Below are positions 1 through 13,099 of a stretch of 64,000 nucleotides of DNA, piece by piece. Below the pieces are notes generated by a model. That model saw only the letters and a program-made list of their open reading frames with translations. It searched no databases and was not told the origin of the DNA. Both the position numbers and the translations under genes were made by a program. Within the stretch, counting starts at the first letter, position 1. Each line of letters begins with the position of its first letter. The stretch lies in contig NC_042998.1 in NCBI RefSeq assembly GCF_006345805.1, positions 9,486,001 to 9,550,000 of the forward strand, written 5' to 3'. Source of the stretch: Octopus sinensis (lineage: Eukaryota).

Positions 1-870
1 GCCTGGGTTGGACATGCTGAATATCAAGACCTACCCAACCCATGCCAGCATAGATAAAAATAAGACCTAAAATGATGACTGCAAGTCCAACTGAAATTGT
101 TTATTGCTTCAGTTTAAAGTTTCAGTTTAGCCTTTGGTTTTTATACAGCAGAAACAATCCCACCAAACATCTCCACAGATAATGCCATTTTAAAGAACTT
201 TCTTTTGATATTCTAACAAAAAAAGTTTAAAGTGAAAGATAATTAAGTCTTCATCATCATCATTTTAATGTCCACTCTTCCATGCTTGCATGAATTAGAT
301 GGAAGTTGTTGAGGCAGATTTTCTATGGCAGGATCCTCTTCGTATCACCAGCATTCACATGTTTACAAGCAAAATAATATTTCCTCATTGCTGGACATGT
401 CAGAGAAGAATAGAAATGAACATCACCACTTGTATGATGGTGACACTCATTTACAGCTGTCATTTGATGTCCAGACAACACACACACACTCTCTCTCAAG
501 ATGTTTCCATCTATCAAGTCCCTTCACAAGGACTTGGTTGGCCTGGTGCTATCATAGAAGATACTTATCCATGGTGCCATGTTGTGGGAGTGAACCCAAA
601 CGCATATAGTTGGGAAGCAAACTTCTAAACCACTGTGAAAAGTGAGCCATCAGAAGTTTTCTTGTATCCATTGAGATTATGAAAAAGTATGGTTATTCTA
701 AATCACATTTTATAGACATTCTTATTTGTCAGAGATCGTTATTATATATTTTCTTAAATATTTATTACATACTTGGCTTTTTTTTTTTTTTGTCAGTGTC
801 ATATTTTAAATTGTTTGTTTGATTATTTCTCTCTGGACATGTTTTAACGAGTTTCATGGTTGTTTTTCAG

Positions 871-1011
871 TGGTTTGGCTTATAATGTAACTTCTGAGCA
901 AGCTATGAAACATTCAGAAGTGAAAAGTCTTATTCAAGAATCAATAGTAAAGTTACAAAAAGCCACAGACAAGTTCTTGATAACAATCACCCAATCTTTG
1001 GACAAAATTCC
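871..1011 (+). CDS. IQGAP: IQGAP exon (GRD): GLAYNVTSEQAMKHSEVKSLIQESIVKLQKATDKFLITITQSLDKIP; first exon visible, gene starts upstream of window
   Basis: ttttcag acceptor and gtaagt donor. Matches IQGAP1 ...YDVTPEQAL...TDKFL...SVDKIP. Confidence 0.93.
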
Positions 1012-1527
1012 GTAAGTTACCAATTTTCTTGAATATTTAAGGATTCTTTACCAATGAAAATAAAGAAAGAAAAAATATTTTTTTCTTGCAATGCTTACAA
1101 TTTAAAAATTATTCTATGATTGTTTTAACAATGCACAAGTTTTGTGAAAGTGGGAAGGGTCAATAGATGTTACCCCCAAAATATTACAGTTTAGACATTG
1201 TAGTTTATGCAAGTTTGACATACAGAAAAATTATCAGCTTGGAAACAATTGGAACCAAAACTAAATACTAGAAGGTTCTGTTGCCTTAGTTATTCCCATA
1301 ACGTTTAAAATATTCTGTATTGCATAAATAAAACTTTTATGAAGTAATTTGTTTTATTACAGAAAAGTATTTTATGGCTGATGTGAAACTTCAATATTTA
1401 ATATATAAACATGAAAGCAAAGCAAAAATTCTACCTCCATGCAATTACTTCATTTCAATACAAATCTCTGATCAAATCACTTTGCAAATCAATTCAACAC
1501 TGAAAATAAAAACAAAGCATCCACTTA

Positions 1528-1570
<43 letters not shown>

Positions 1571-1599
1571 GAAATTATTGTATACAGTGCTCAGGTGCA

Positions 1600-2130
1600 C
1601 CACAACTTGTCACAAAGTGCGTATAGAGTATATGCAGTAATGTACAAATGTCTGGAAAGGGAACAGTGTATGAGTCAGATACATGCTTGTGTGTGTATGG
1701 AGGGGGAGAAAATCAGGTGTAGTGTTGGCGAATCTCAGGAAGCATGGAAGTTTTGAAGGATGCAGTGCTCCGACAACTAACAACTGATGCTGGCAGTTTG
1801 TTCCTTGCTTCAGCAACTCTCAGCGTGAAAAAATGTTTCCTAAAGTCGTGGGAGCTGTGCTGTTTTCTGACTTTGTAAATATGTCCATGGGTGTTAGACA
1901 GGTGGAGTTTCTACTGCCTCAGCTGCTTCGTTATTACCAAATATTAATACTTCTATGCTGCAAGGCAAACCAAATGAAAGCTTGTGCTGAATAGAAATAA
2001 ATGCCATTCTTTGGGGGAGCACACACGTGTGCCATGTGGTTACTCATAGGATTCACAAATACACAAGAATGGGCTGGACAAGAAAGGAACTGCAACGTAC
2101 TAAGAAGCCATCTATATTGCACATATAAAC
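1600..2130 (-). mobile_element. CR1-type LINE 3' end (IQGAP intron)
   Basis: Minus frame RKHFFTLRVAEARNKLPASVVSCRSTASFK. Confidence 0.75.
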
Positions 2131-2661
2131 ACAATTATTTGTAACATGCTGGAGTGTGCAGTTGGACCTAATTAAGACAGGTAAATTCAAAGTGTTGGAT
2201 CTGTGGGCCACAGCTAGACATTCAGATATTTATCTATAGGCTATCTATTACTTAAGTGGGGCTAACTAGAGGCTAGAAATCTTGAAATTACACACACAAA
2301 AACATATTTTCTTAACAATATTCACTTAGTTATTTAGTCTGGTCATATTAAAACATATCACCCAAGCCATTTTTGTTGTATTCCCTGTATGCAAATTAAA
2401 ATCTTTTATTGTTGTAGTAAGTATTCTGAACCAGGTTCATAAGACACCACCACAGCATTTTTAAAGGTTTCTTTTGTATTTAAAACTGGCTTTGCATTCA
2501 TGTTTTCCTGTTTCATTCATGCAAAATCTCAGCAAACTGAACATGAAAATAAGTGACTAAAGTTTAGATATTTCAGTCAAAATTTTAATATTTGAATGTT
2601 TCTATTAAAAAAAAGCTTGCTGCAAATATTTCAATTGTTTGATGATTGTTCTTACTGTTAG

Positions 2662-2746
2662 GTATGGAATGCGTTACATGGCCAAAGTCCTGAAAGCTGC
2701 TTTATGGAAAAAGTTTCCTCTTGCTCCTGAAAAAGATGTCCTCAAA
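2662..2746 (+). CDS. IQGAP: IQGAP exon: YGMRYMAKVLKAALWKKFPLAPEKDVLK
   Basis: AG/GT boundaries and phase match the previous exon. Homologous to YGMRFIAKVLK...KFP...LLK. Confidence 0.95.
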
Positions 2747-4029
2747 GTATGTATATTATATAATTTAGCCCTTTTTTTTTTTCCTTAATAGTTATTCTAG
2801 CTCTCTTCAGATATACATTGATTGAATTTATTAGTATTCAATTAATGTCACCTAATTAATGTTGACATTGTTTATTCCAGTGTCAGGAAGTGAACTGTGG
2901 TGGTTGGACATTTAGCAGGTAGTGTTTTGTCATTCCTATATGCAAGTGTGTGTCTCGATCCTAATAGGATTACTGCAAGGGCTTTGACAGAAAACATAAA
3001 ATCTTGTTGACCATTTAAAAGTCTGGGATTGGTTTAGTCTTTCAGTACAGGAAACAGTTGTAACATTGCATATATAAGAAGCCTTTACAAAATGAAGTTA
3101 AAGGATCCTTTTAACGTTAATTTCCAAATTGCCATTTAGTGAAGGCAGTAGATTAATATAAAAGGGTATTAAATTTTTCTTCTTGCATAAATTCCATGAT
3201 TACCAGTTCTCTGGTTTAATTAATTTTCAGTTACTTAATGCAAATTGAAAATACTTGAATATAACTGGTTAAATTTTCTTTATTTTAAATAAAGAAATAA
3301 TTTTAGTTATAGTTTAGAGTTTAGAACTATGCTTCTATTTTTCATATTAGGGCTTTGGTTGAAATTTGAAGATGGAAATTTTAACACACTGAAAAATCTA
3401 AGTTTTTTAAATGTGACCAAGAAATAATGGTCTATTGATACTTTAAAAATAGAAATATTTTCTTTAATTTATTCTTTACAATGTCTTCTCTTAAACAAAA
3501 CATATGCTAATTTCAAAACCTGATTAGGCATTAAAATGAACAAAATATTTGTTATGTTACAAATTAAGTTTAGAAATTTTTCAGAAATCAATAATTCAGC
3601 TTGATTTCAGAAAATCTATCATCAGGTCGATAATGTTACTGATGAAATTCTTTCTCTATCTTCTGCCAGTTGTAAGTATCATTATTGATTACCACTATTA
3701 TACTTTTCATTAATGATTTAAGTTATTCATTGCAACTATTACACTTTAGTTATACTTTGATAAACTTCCAATTTTTTCGTAAATTAGGAATTTAAACTAA
3801 GCACAAATTGCTGTTTCTGGGTCTATAATTGTAGATAGTTGATATCTTTTAAGGGAAATGCTGTTATTCAACAGTCCAATTAAAATATTTAGTGCTGGCC
3901 TTCTTTTTCTTGACTCAAAATGCATCGCTGTAGTCTGTGCAGTTTGCTGTGGTTTTAATATTGTGCTTCTGTTTATTTTGCTCATCCAGCATCCTTCTCA
4001 TCCAGTCATTTTCATCACACTTTATCATA

Positions 4030-4415
4030 GTGGCTGTGTGGTAAGTAGCTTGCTTACCAACCACATGGTTCCAGGTTCAGTCCCACTGCGTGACACCTTG
4101 GGCAAGTGCCTTCTGCTATAGCCTTGGGCCGACCAAAGCCTTGTGAGTGGATTTGGTAGACGGAAACTGAAAGAAGCCCGTCGTATATATGTATATATAT
4201 ATGTGTGTGTGTGTGTGTGCGTGTATGTTTGTCCCCCTAGCATTGCTTGACAACCGATGCTGGTGTGTTTATGTCCCCATCACTTAGCGGTTCTGCAAAA
4301 GAGACCGATAGAATAAGTACTGGGCTTACAAAGAATAAGTCCCGGGGTTGAGTTGCTCGACTAAAGGCGGTGCTCTAGCATGGCCGCAGTCAACCGACTG
4401 AAACAAGTAAAAGAG
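4030..4415 (+). mobile_element. SINE family A (tRNA-like head, internal TA/TG microsatellite)
   Basis: Multi-copy family in this window. Confidence 0.9.
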
Positions 4416-6642
4416 TATGTAAGGTTTGATATATTGAACAAGGAACAAATCAATATGTTAGGTCTGGCCTGTGATAATTAGGCCAGTTATTTTGATATTG
4501 ATATGTGGGTGACATCAACAATGAATTTCTCATTTAAAGCCAACAGGCACTTCAACAATCCAAGAAAAGAGTTTGCTCTGTTTAGGCTTTGATGCATTTT
4601 ATCTTAATAATCTAATTCATATTAATCGCCCATGCCAACAGCCAGGCACCTGATATTTTTCTGACATATTCAGTTTTTTATCAGGATTTCATTTTTTCTG
4701 AGACAGAAGACTAATCTTCAACCACAATAAGAACTGACATTTTAAGAACTAAACTAAGTGGTTACCTCTTCATTGCTGTTTGCTGTTATTGCAGACTTGT
4801 AGTGACTGTCACATCCTTCAATTATAAAATTCTCTTTCTTTTTCTAAAAGGAAAATAATCTGGGATCTTCAAGAAATGGTTTTCATCTCAACATTACATA
4901 ATTTTGTTTTGTGTATTATGCATTTTTGTATTTTCATTTCTATTTACATCCCATTAGATACTGATTGATCTTAGTTAATTTTTTAATTTCCTTTTTGTTC
5001 CTCTTCATAAATAATGAATTCTGAACCTGTTGATTTTAAATCAACTACTTATGTTGTGCATGGTATTTGGTGATGCTTTCTTATTTTTTATACATTAGAA
5101 TGTGATTTTCCTTGTATTTTCAGCTAATTTAAATTTGTGCATGTTTAAACTAATGTCAATAGGACTTTCAAACCTTGTCACTTACAAAATAAAAAAATCC
5201 ACATTCATTAACTACAAAAATGGGTGTTAAATGTATTAGCTATCAGGTTTTTTAGCTCCAATGAATATATATTTTATGCTTCAATCAAGTATCATACTAG
5301 TTCTGTTTTGCTGGTCTATCTCTCTTGAAATATATTTTGGTTTTAATAATTTTTAAACTTTTTATTTGGTATTTCTTATTTTTCCTTGTTTAAAACCTGT
5401 AACAAAATAGGAAGAAAAAAATGTTATGTATATCCCAACCTATTTTATCATTATCCTGTTAGATTTGCTTTTCTATGGTGGCATTGGTTGGACTGGTCAT
5501 GATGATTTAAGTCAGTTCTGAGATAGGTCAGGGACTGCATCTCATTCATATATTACATTTGTAGTATGGTTTCTACTGCTGGATACTCTTATTGCCAACC
5601 ACTTTACTGAGTATACTAGGTATCTTTGTACCAGCAGGAGAGTTGTCGTCTCCCTGTTACAGTTAAATATTCCTCTCTGCTTTACATTGTCTCCTTTTAT
5701 TCATTCCTTTCTCACACAAGTGGATAGGAAGAGTGAGTGAGAGTGTTAGATAGCAATTGTTGGTAAGGATGTTGAATAGAAGCAACATAAGCGAGAGTGT
5801 GGTTGGGGAGAGAAAAAGATGATGCATTTTGGATGCCGTTAAGGAAATAAAATAAAAGCAGTAAGAATGAGGGAGCTTTAAATGTAAATATAAAAACAAC
5901 TTAGCTTCTTGAACTTATGCGACAACTGCATCTTGGACTCAGAATTTACTGAAGTGACATGATGAGGAAAAGACTAATAGAAGAGACTGATTGCTTAATG
6001 AATGTCAGTAATGTGTGAGAGAAAAATTAGAGAGAGAGACAGAGATGGTTAGCAATAATGCCAAGCAATGATAAGGAGGTGATTGAAAGTGAACGATCCG
6101 AATGTGTTACATCCCTTGTTAATCAGGTAACATGATGAGAGAGAGAGTAGTGAAGAGAAAGGTAGTGTTGGATAGTAACAAAGATGAGTATTAGCTAGAA
6201 GACTTAATATGAAACGTATATATTATACATCTCAACTACCATCATTTAATAATAAACATCTGAGTTTCTCCATGGATTTTCTTGTATGTATCTTTATCCA
6301 GAGTTATCTAATCTTGAATTATTTTTTTTATTTTTTTTACAAGAAATATTTATTGTATTTGTATATTAATGTTTGTTTAGTTTGTGCAATTTCCCAAGAT
6401 CTTACATTTTTTTTGTTTGATACATTCCGTTTATCTAAAATACATATTTCATTATAATATTATTATCTGGGTATATATTATATGCCATTATAAAGAAATG
6501 TTATACTATCATTAAAATATTTTATTAATCTATTGTACTCTATTCACCATTTTTTGTTGTTTTTTTTTTTATATTCAGTGAAAACCATGTTATTCTGGTA
6601 CTTAGTATTTTACTATAGAATGGTTTTGTTTTTCTTTTGCAG

Positions 6643-6807
6643 ATTGTTGGTAACCTTATCTATTACCGCTACATAAACTCTGCCATCGTAGCCCCAGATG
6701 CTTTTGATATTATCGATGTCGGCGCCAACAAAGCTCTTAGTGCTGACCAGCGGAGGAATCTTGGATCAATTGCTAAGATCCTTCAATTTGCTGCATCTAA
6801 CAAGGGG
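6643..6807 (+). CDS. IQGAP: IQGAP exon: IVGNLIYYRYINSAIVAPDAFDIIDVGANKALSADQRRNLGSIAKILQFAASNKG
   Basis: IQGAP-specific YYR motif (replaces RasGAP FLR) and DQRRNLGSIAK. AG/GT sites. Confidence 0.97.
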
Positions 6808-6945
6808 GTGAGATCATCTTACTAGTTCTTTATATCTTAAAAAATTTATATAAACCTCTTTAATTTGTAAATGGTCAATATCAAATTTTGGTAAACCAAA
6901 GCAAATTTCTTAACTACATAGCCATGTCGTATATTTTAGGAATAA

Positions 6946-7321
6946 CTAGCGGCATTGCTCGGGTTTGTAAGGGAAATAACTATATAAGCATTTTTAGAGA
7001 TGTAAAGTATAATAGCCATCTCAATATGGTTAACCACAAAGGGGGGGGGGTTACTGTAGCTTTTTACGTTCTGAGATTTAATAATAAACTTTTAGAGAGT
7101 TACTATGCCAAAAATGCATTAAAATGGGAAAAATTGATGGTAAATTTTTTTTTAAATCGTAGACTCATTGTAGACGCACGCTAATACCCAGAAGGGCTCG
7201 ATATGAATCACGACTATAAGATACCCGGTTTTGGTTAAACTGCACCGCAAAATGTGGGAGTAGTTAGGAATCTAAATCGTAGGAGACAGACAGCACAAAA
7301 CCTCACTTTGATATATAAAGA
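6946..7321 (-). mobile_element. Non-autonomous Helitron-like element
   Basis: 5'-TC and 3'-CTAG ends inserted between A and T. Same family as 43625-43921 and 46985-47369. Confidence 0.75.
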
Positions 7322-7492
7322 TATTCTAGATTTTAATTTCAAAAACAAAAATTGTTCAGTTTTATTAATTAAGCTGGTGAGGTTTGCATTCACTTTAATT
7401 TTGGAATGGTTAGGTTTTGTCATTTGACTTGTGAAGCAAGAATGTAAATATATCCTTTTTTTATTTTTGTTTTTTTAATTGAATCCTTATAG

Positions 7493-7560
7493 TTTGCTGG
7501 TGATAGTAGCCATCTTTCTTGTATGAATGATTACATCAGAGAAGCTCATAAAAAATTCAA
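7493..7560 (+). CDS. IQGAP: IQGAP exon: FAGDSSHLSCMNDYIREAHKKF
   Basis: AG/GT sites and in phase. Homologous to FLGDNAHLSIINEYL. Confidence 0.92.
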
Positions 7561-7600
7561 GTGAGTATTTTCATTTTAGCTTTTTCTTTTTTTAATACCC

Positions 7601-7995
7601 TTTTACTTGTTTCAGTCATTTGACTGTGGCCATGCTGGAGCACCGCCTTTAGTCGAGCAAATCGACCCCAGGACTTATTCTTTGTAAGGCTAGTACTTAT
7701 TCTATCGGTCTCTTTTGCCAAACCGCTAAGTTACGGAGACGTAAACACACCAGCATCGGTTGTCAAGCGATGTTGGGGAGGACAAACACAGACACACAAA
7801 CATATACACACACATACATATATACATATATATGATGGGCTTCTTTCAGTTTCTGTCTACCAAATCCACTCACAAGTTTTTGGTCAGCACGAGGCTATAG
7901 TAGAAGACACTTGCCCAAGGTGCCACGCAGTGGGACTGAACCCGGAACCATGCGGTTGGTAAGCAAGCTACTTACCACACAGCCACTCCTATGCC
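7601..7995 (-). mobile_element. SINE family A
   Basis: Reverse complement of the 4030-4415 family. Confidence 0.9.
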
Positions 7996-8481
7996 TAATG
8001 AAAGAATTTTGTGTAAAAAGCTTTCAAGATTTACCTCTTGGTCATTAAATACTTGTTGGTTTATACAGCTTGCAAATGTAAAATATTTATTTGTTCTTAT
8101 TGCTGTCTTGGGGGAGAGGGGCAGTCATTTTGCCAATTCTTTTAAGCAGACCACTTATTGTAGTTTACTGATACTAATTGCTCTTACCGAAGTCAAAAGA
8201 TATTGTCATCCATAATTAAACATTGATCTAACCCTTTAGCATTTAAACCAGCCATATCTGACCCAAATATTCTACCTGTGTTTTATGTTCAAACTAGCTA
8301 GATCTGGCTTCTCACTCCTACCCACCAATGTCACCCTAAAAATTAAACAATATGAATAAATAAGCATTATATATGACAGAGCAATCTTAATGATAAGTAT
8401 AAGTTTAATTGAGTGTTCGAATTTGTTATAGAGAAATTACTTGATTATAATAATTTTTTTTTTCTTTAAATGCTATTTCAG

Positions 8482-8614
8482 AAACTTTTTCCAAATGGCT
8501 TGTGAAGTTGAAGACTTAGAAAATAAGTTTAACATCGACCAATATACGGATGCCACTATGGTGTCAAAGCCAGTAATCTACATGTCTGTTCAAGAAATCT
8601 GTGATACTCACCAA
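8482..8614 (+). CDS. IQGAP: IQGAP exon: NFFQMACEVEDLENKFNIDQYTDATMVSKPVIYMSVQEICDTHQ
   Basis: AG/GT sites and in phase. Homologous to FFQTACDV...KFNVDEY...KPVIYIS. Confidence 0.95.
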
Positions 8615-8866
8615 GTTAGTATTTACTGTATCACTAAATATCTCATGTAAAAACCAGATTGCATTATTATTCAGTTGGTTTGTTTGTTTTTAAAGTCAGT
8701 TGTTAGTATGTTGTGATATCTTAGTTTAAATAATTTTTTACATTCTATGTTAGAATACGATAATGAAGGTTAATATTTATAATGTAGTTATTGTTAGAAT
8801 ATCTAGTCAGTCAATCAGTGTTTGATTTTTCTATTTGGAAAGTGTTTCATAGAAAGTTATATAATA

Positions 8867-9160
8867 TCATCATCATCATCGTTTAACGTCCGTTTTCCTT
8901 GCTAGCATGGGTTGGATGGATTGACTCGGGTCTGGGAAGCCAGGAGGCTGCACCAGGTTCCAGTTTGAGCTGGCAGTGTTTCTACAGCTGGATGCCCTTC
9001 CTAACGCTAACCACTCCATGAGTGTAGTGGGTGCTTTTTACGTGCCACCGGCACAGGGACCAGGGGAGGCTGGGAAACGTCCACAATTGGTTGGTACTTT
9101 TAATATGTCACCGGCACGGGTATCTTAACTACAATTTCCATTTGATTTTCATTTTGATGA
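8867..9160 (-). mobile_element. RTE 3'-tail element (IQGAP intron)
   Basis: (CAT)n-GTTTAACGTCCG...; same tail family as 43260-43440. Confidence 0.85.
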
Positions 9161-9460
9161 AATATATAAACAGAATAATTTGATACTTTCACTTCAATCA
9201 GTCATTAGACAGCAGCCATGCTTGGGCACCACTTTGAAGGGTTTAGTGAACCAAATGGAAGAGGAACACACATACACAATCATAGACAGACAGACAGGTA
9301 AGTAGATAGATAGATAGATGTACATACAACAGGCTTCCACATAGTTTTCATACATTCGTGTCATTTAATTTGGAAGAAATTTCTTAAGAGGGAAAGAAGA
9401 AAAAAATCTTCTGAAATACAGATAATTTGATAAATAAATAATCTTTTATTTTATTTGCAG

Positions 9461-9563
9461 CTTTTACTGAAACATCAAGATACCATTGCACCAGATCATA
9501 ATGATTCACTACATGAACTGCTGGAAGATCTTGGGGAGTGCCCCACGGTTGATGCTTTATTAG
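9461..9563 (+). CDS. IQGAP: IQGAP exon: LLLKHQDTIAPDHNDSLHELLEDLGECPTVDALL
   Basis: AG/GT sites and in phase. Homologous to LLLDHQDAIAPEHNDPIHELLDDLGEVP. Confidence 0.95.
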
Positions 9564-10060
9564 GTAAGAATATTCTTTTTTTCGGAAAGATTATTTTAAG
9601 ATTGTGCTTCTTTGACAAATGACATGCTCTGAGACCAAGTATAAAACTGAAGCAATTACATCATAAAAAGAACCATTTTCGCCATTTAGACACTCATGAA
9701 ATCTGTTAAATTAACTGTTAATTTATTTTGTGAGGTGTTGCACAGCTGCAACCTGACCATTGTGATAGTTCTAGTGGAACTGGATCATAATAGTACGATG
9801 AAAGATTTTGGTAACTTAAGAATAGTGGAAATAGCAGTTTCTTGTACTTTTAAATGGCTAAACTGACTCTTTTATGTTGTTATTGCAAAAAAATCAATTT
9901 TCTCGAAGATGTGTCTTTTGTTGTTTTTTTTTTTCAGTCATTTGAAATTGAAAATCATTTTCTGTAAGGAAAATAATAAATGCAAATGTTTATAATTAAG
10001 AGCAGGCATTTAAATTATCCTCTCAGCAAATGATTAGATATTTAAGTTATGAGCTCAGAT

Positions 10061-10356
10061 ACGTGGAGGAGCAATGACCCAGTGTTTAGGGCAGCGGACT
10101 CGCAGTCAGAGGATCGCAGTTTCGATTCCCAGACCAGGCGTTGTGTGTGTTTATTAAGCGAAAACACCTAAAGCTCCATGAGGCTCTGGCAGGGGGGGGG
10201 ATCCCTGTTCTCTTTCGCCCCAATTTTCTCTCACTCTTTCTTCCTGTTTCTTGGGTAACGCTGCGATGGACTGGCGTCCCGTCCAGCTGCAGGGAACACA
10301 TACGCCATGGAAACTGGGCCCATGAGCCTGGCTAGGCTTGAAAAAGGGCACAAAAA
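10061..10356 (+). mobile_element. SINE family B (tRNA-derived head)
   Basis: Box A/B-like head ...GTTTCGATTCCC and an A-rich tail. Confidence 0.7.
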
Positions 10357-10394
10357 AGAGCTTAGATTCATCCCTTGTAATAGTAATTTAATAA

Positions 10395-10780
10395 CAGTCC
10401 CACTGCGTGGCACATTGGGCAAGTGTCTTCTACTATAGCCTCGGGCCAACCAAAGCCTTGTGAGTGGATTTGGTAGACGGAATCTGAAAGAAGCCTGTCG
10501 TATATATATATGTATATATATATATATATGTATATGTATATATATGTATATATATATATGCATGTGTGTGTGTGTATCTATGTTTGCCCCTTTAGCATTG
10601 CTTGACAACCGATGCTGGTGTGTTTATGTCCCCGTTACTTAGTGGTTCGGCAAAAGAGACCGATAGAATAAGTACTGGGCTTACAAAAGAATAAGTCCTG
10701 GGGTCAAGTTGCTCGATTAAAAAGGTGGTGCTCCAGCATGGCCGCAGTCAAATGACTGAAACAAGTAAAAGAGTAAAGAG
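10395..10780 (+). mobile_element. SINE family A, 5'-truncated
   Basis: Family match. Confidence 0.9.
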
Positions 10781-11125
10781 TAGATTCATATTCTTAAAAC
10801 TTCAGTATCCCAATAGTTAAACAACAAAATTTAACACTAGAATTTCTCTGTGAAGCTTATGATATTGAAAAAAATATTAATGACCGTTTTCATTTTGAAA
10901 AAGTATATTATTTCTTTTCATTACAAAGTTAAATAGCTGATATTAGGATGTTCATGTACAAAAAAAAACAATTTCACCAACAATTTGAATAAAATTTAAT
11001 CCATATTTATTGCTTGAGTTAAAATGCCATTTTGAGTCTTTAAGAAGTTTACAATAAGAAAATAATAAAGAAAATATCTAGTCTCCAATATCAGTGTTGG
11101 AATGAAATTTTATTTCAATTTTTAG

Positions 11126-11270
11126 GTGCCGAGATCAATGCAGGGGGTGAAGATGGCCTAGATGAGAGTGTACGAGCTCAGTTGGCTAAAACTGAAATTA
11201 CTCTCACTTTAATGAATAAATTTGAGGTCCCTGACGACGATATGTCTGACATTAAAGGAATGATGATCAG
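11126..11270 (+). CDS. IQGAP: IQGAP exon: GAEINAGGEDGLDESVRAQLAKTEITLTLMNKFEVPDDDMSDIKGMMI
   Basis: AG/GT sites and in phase. LAKTE.LTL.NKF.VP motif. Confidence 0.94.
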
Positions 11271-11753
11271 GTAATTTTGTTATTTTTTTTATTTTGTATC
11301 TTTTCCATTTATATAGATATTTGAGAAGTAAAACTATTTGGCTACTTAACCACATGATCATTAGTTAAAAAAACACGCAGCTACAATCCCTTCATGTACA
11401 AACACATCACTCAACATACTTCAGTCTACCCAGCTAAATACATTTATTTCTCTTTTTACTAAACTAACATGCAAATGTTCTGTCAGCTTCCAAATAATGA
11501 ATAATAATCATTAGTGAATTTTTTAAAGAATATCTTCAAAATATTCTTATACTTTCAGTGACTACAACACAATTTCTATTCTTATCAATCTATTTTGTGA
11601 AGATGGAGACCAGATTGTTTTGTTTTGTTTTTTCAATAAATTTGTTTTCTTTTTCTTTTTTTTTTTAAGATTAAATCTATGGTCATTGAAATGCTTCTAT
11701 AATTTAAGGTTAAGAACTTACTCAAATTTTTTTTATTAACTTTTTTTTTTTAG

Positions 11754-11841
11754 AACAAAGAAAATGATAGTTGATGTAATAGCATGCCAATCTGGAGAAA
11801 CTCTTTCGCAGATTTTGGAAGTACCATCGACAGATGAACAA
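11754..11841 (+). CDS. IQGAP: IQGAP exon: TKKMIVDVIACQSGETLSQILEVPSTDEQ
   Basis: AG/GT sites and in phase. Homologous to TKRLIVDVIRFQPGETLTEILETP. Confidence 0.94.
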
Positions 11842-12995
11842 GTAAGGAGAATACTTTAATCTAATAGTTTATTGTCAAGATGTATTTTAAAACTAAAACC
11901 TTACTAAATGTTTATAATTGCTCTATTTTTAAAACATCATTATTTGCATGTACCCAACAGCAGCTAGCATATTTTGGATTTGAATCTGCCAGAATGCATT
12001 AAAAATAAATATGCGAATCATTTCAAATCTTGCTGTGCATGGTGCAAATAACAATTTTTTATTGGGTAGTAGATATCATCATTGGCTGTCCATTGTAAGT
12101 TGATGTTGACTGTTCTGTTCAGGAACAAAATGCCTTGGATGGTAAGGCAGTTGACCTCGTCACTCCCATCAGACTGCCTCTCTGAGCCTCCACACCAGGT
12201 ACCAAGTAGTGTACAAGAGTGCAACAAGCATTGTTGATGATACAGATCTTCTGCTTGGCTGTAATAATCTTCAAGCTGTTGGTCTAGGACTCTTCTGTCT
12301 TGTCGGTTATCCAACATCCTGCTGCTACTGTCTTTACCATATCCCTGGCATGAGAGGCTAAGCGGTTGCTAGAACTTGCCCAAGGTGCCACACTCCAAGT
12401 GGAAGATGTGACATAATCTCACTTTTATGACCTATCACTGATGTGGGTGTCATACCATATCAGGTTGGTAGATATAAGCACTAATTGGCAAACAGTTTTG
12501 TTCACTGAAATTATAAACCAAACCAGTGTCTTGTTTAGGCTTAAAGGTCTGGGTACTTCTGGCTGGTGAGACACATGTTGAAACATTGGTGTCCCAGAAT
12601 ACCTTGTGCCAATGAGCCAAATGTGTTGTTGTAAAAGGTAAAAATTGTTCTCCAGTGATGTACACAACAGCAACAACTATATATGCCTGCATTTGAATCT
12701 GCCAGAACCCGTTAAGAATAAATAATCAAATCCTTGATTGCATTATTTTGTTTTGTTGCAACTTGAACTTTATTTAAAATGCAAATTGCATTTTTTTTTT
12801 CTTACATTCAACTGTTTGCTTTAAAAACAAACTTGAATTTGAGAATTTTTCTAAGCCTTTTGATTTATAGTTTTAGTTGAGGGAAAACTTATTTAATCTA
12901 TTGTAAGGTTGTGTGTCTTTTAAGTATTGATATTATATAATAAACATTATCCCAGATAGCTACCACTTTCATTTTTAAAATGTTTTGCATTTCAG

Positions 12996-13099
12996 GAAGA
13001 CATTCACCAAGCATTGATTAAAAAGCGTGACATGATAGATAAAAAAGCTTCCAATCAAGGAAAATTAGAGAGACAAACATCTCTGTTGGGTGACAACAG
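12996..13099 (+). CDS. IQGAP: IQGAP exon: EDIHQALIKKRDMIDKKASNQGKLERQTSLLGDN
   Basis: ttcag acceptor and gtaagt donor. Phase links the neighbouring exons. Confidence 0.85.

Noticed and set aside
4030-4100. tRNA-like heads of SINEs (also 10061-10135)
   Set aside because: There is no complete cloverleaf and they continue into SINE bodies, so they are not tRNA genes.
6661-6695. YYR instead of FLR, and NSA instead of NPA, in the GAP domain
   Set aside because: YYR is the expected IQGAP signature, and a single P-to-S change cannot be judged unusual without an alignment.
11978-12725. Imperfect ~35-bp direct repeat (ATTTGAATCTGCCAGAA) flanking ~700 bp of decayed repeat fragments
   Set aside because: It is too degenerate to assign as a TSD, and the enclosed sequence could not be classified.
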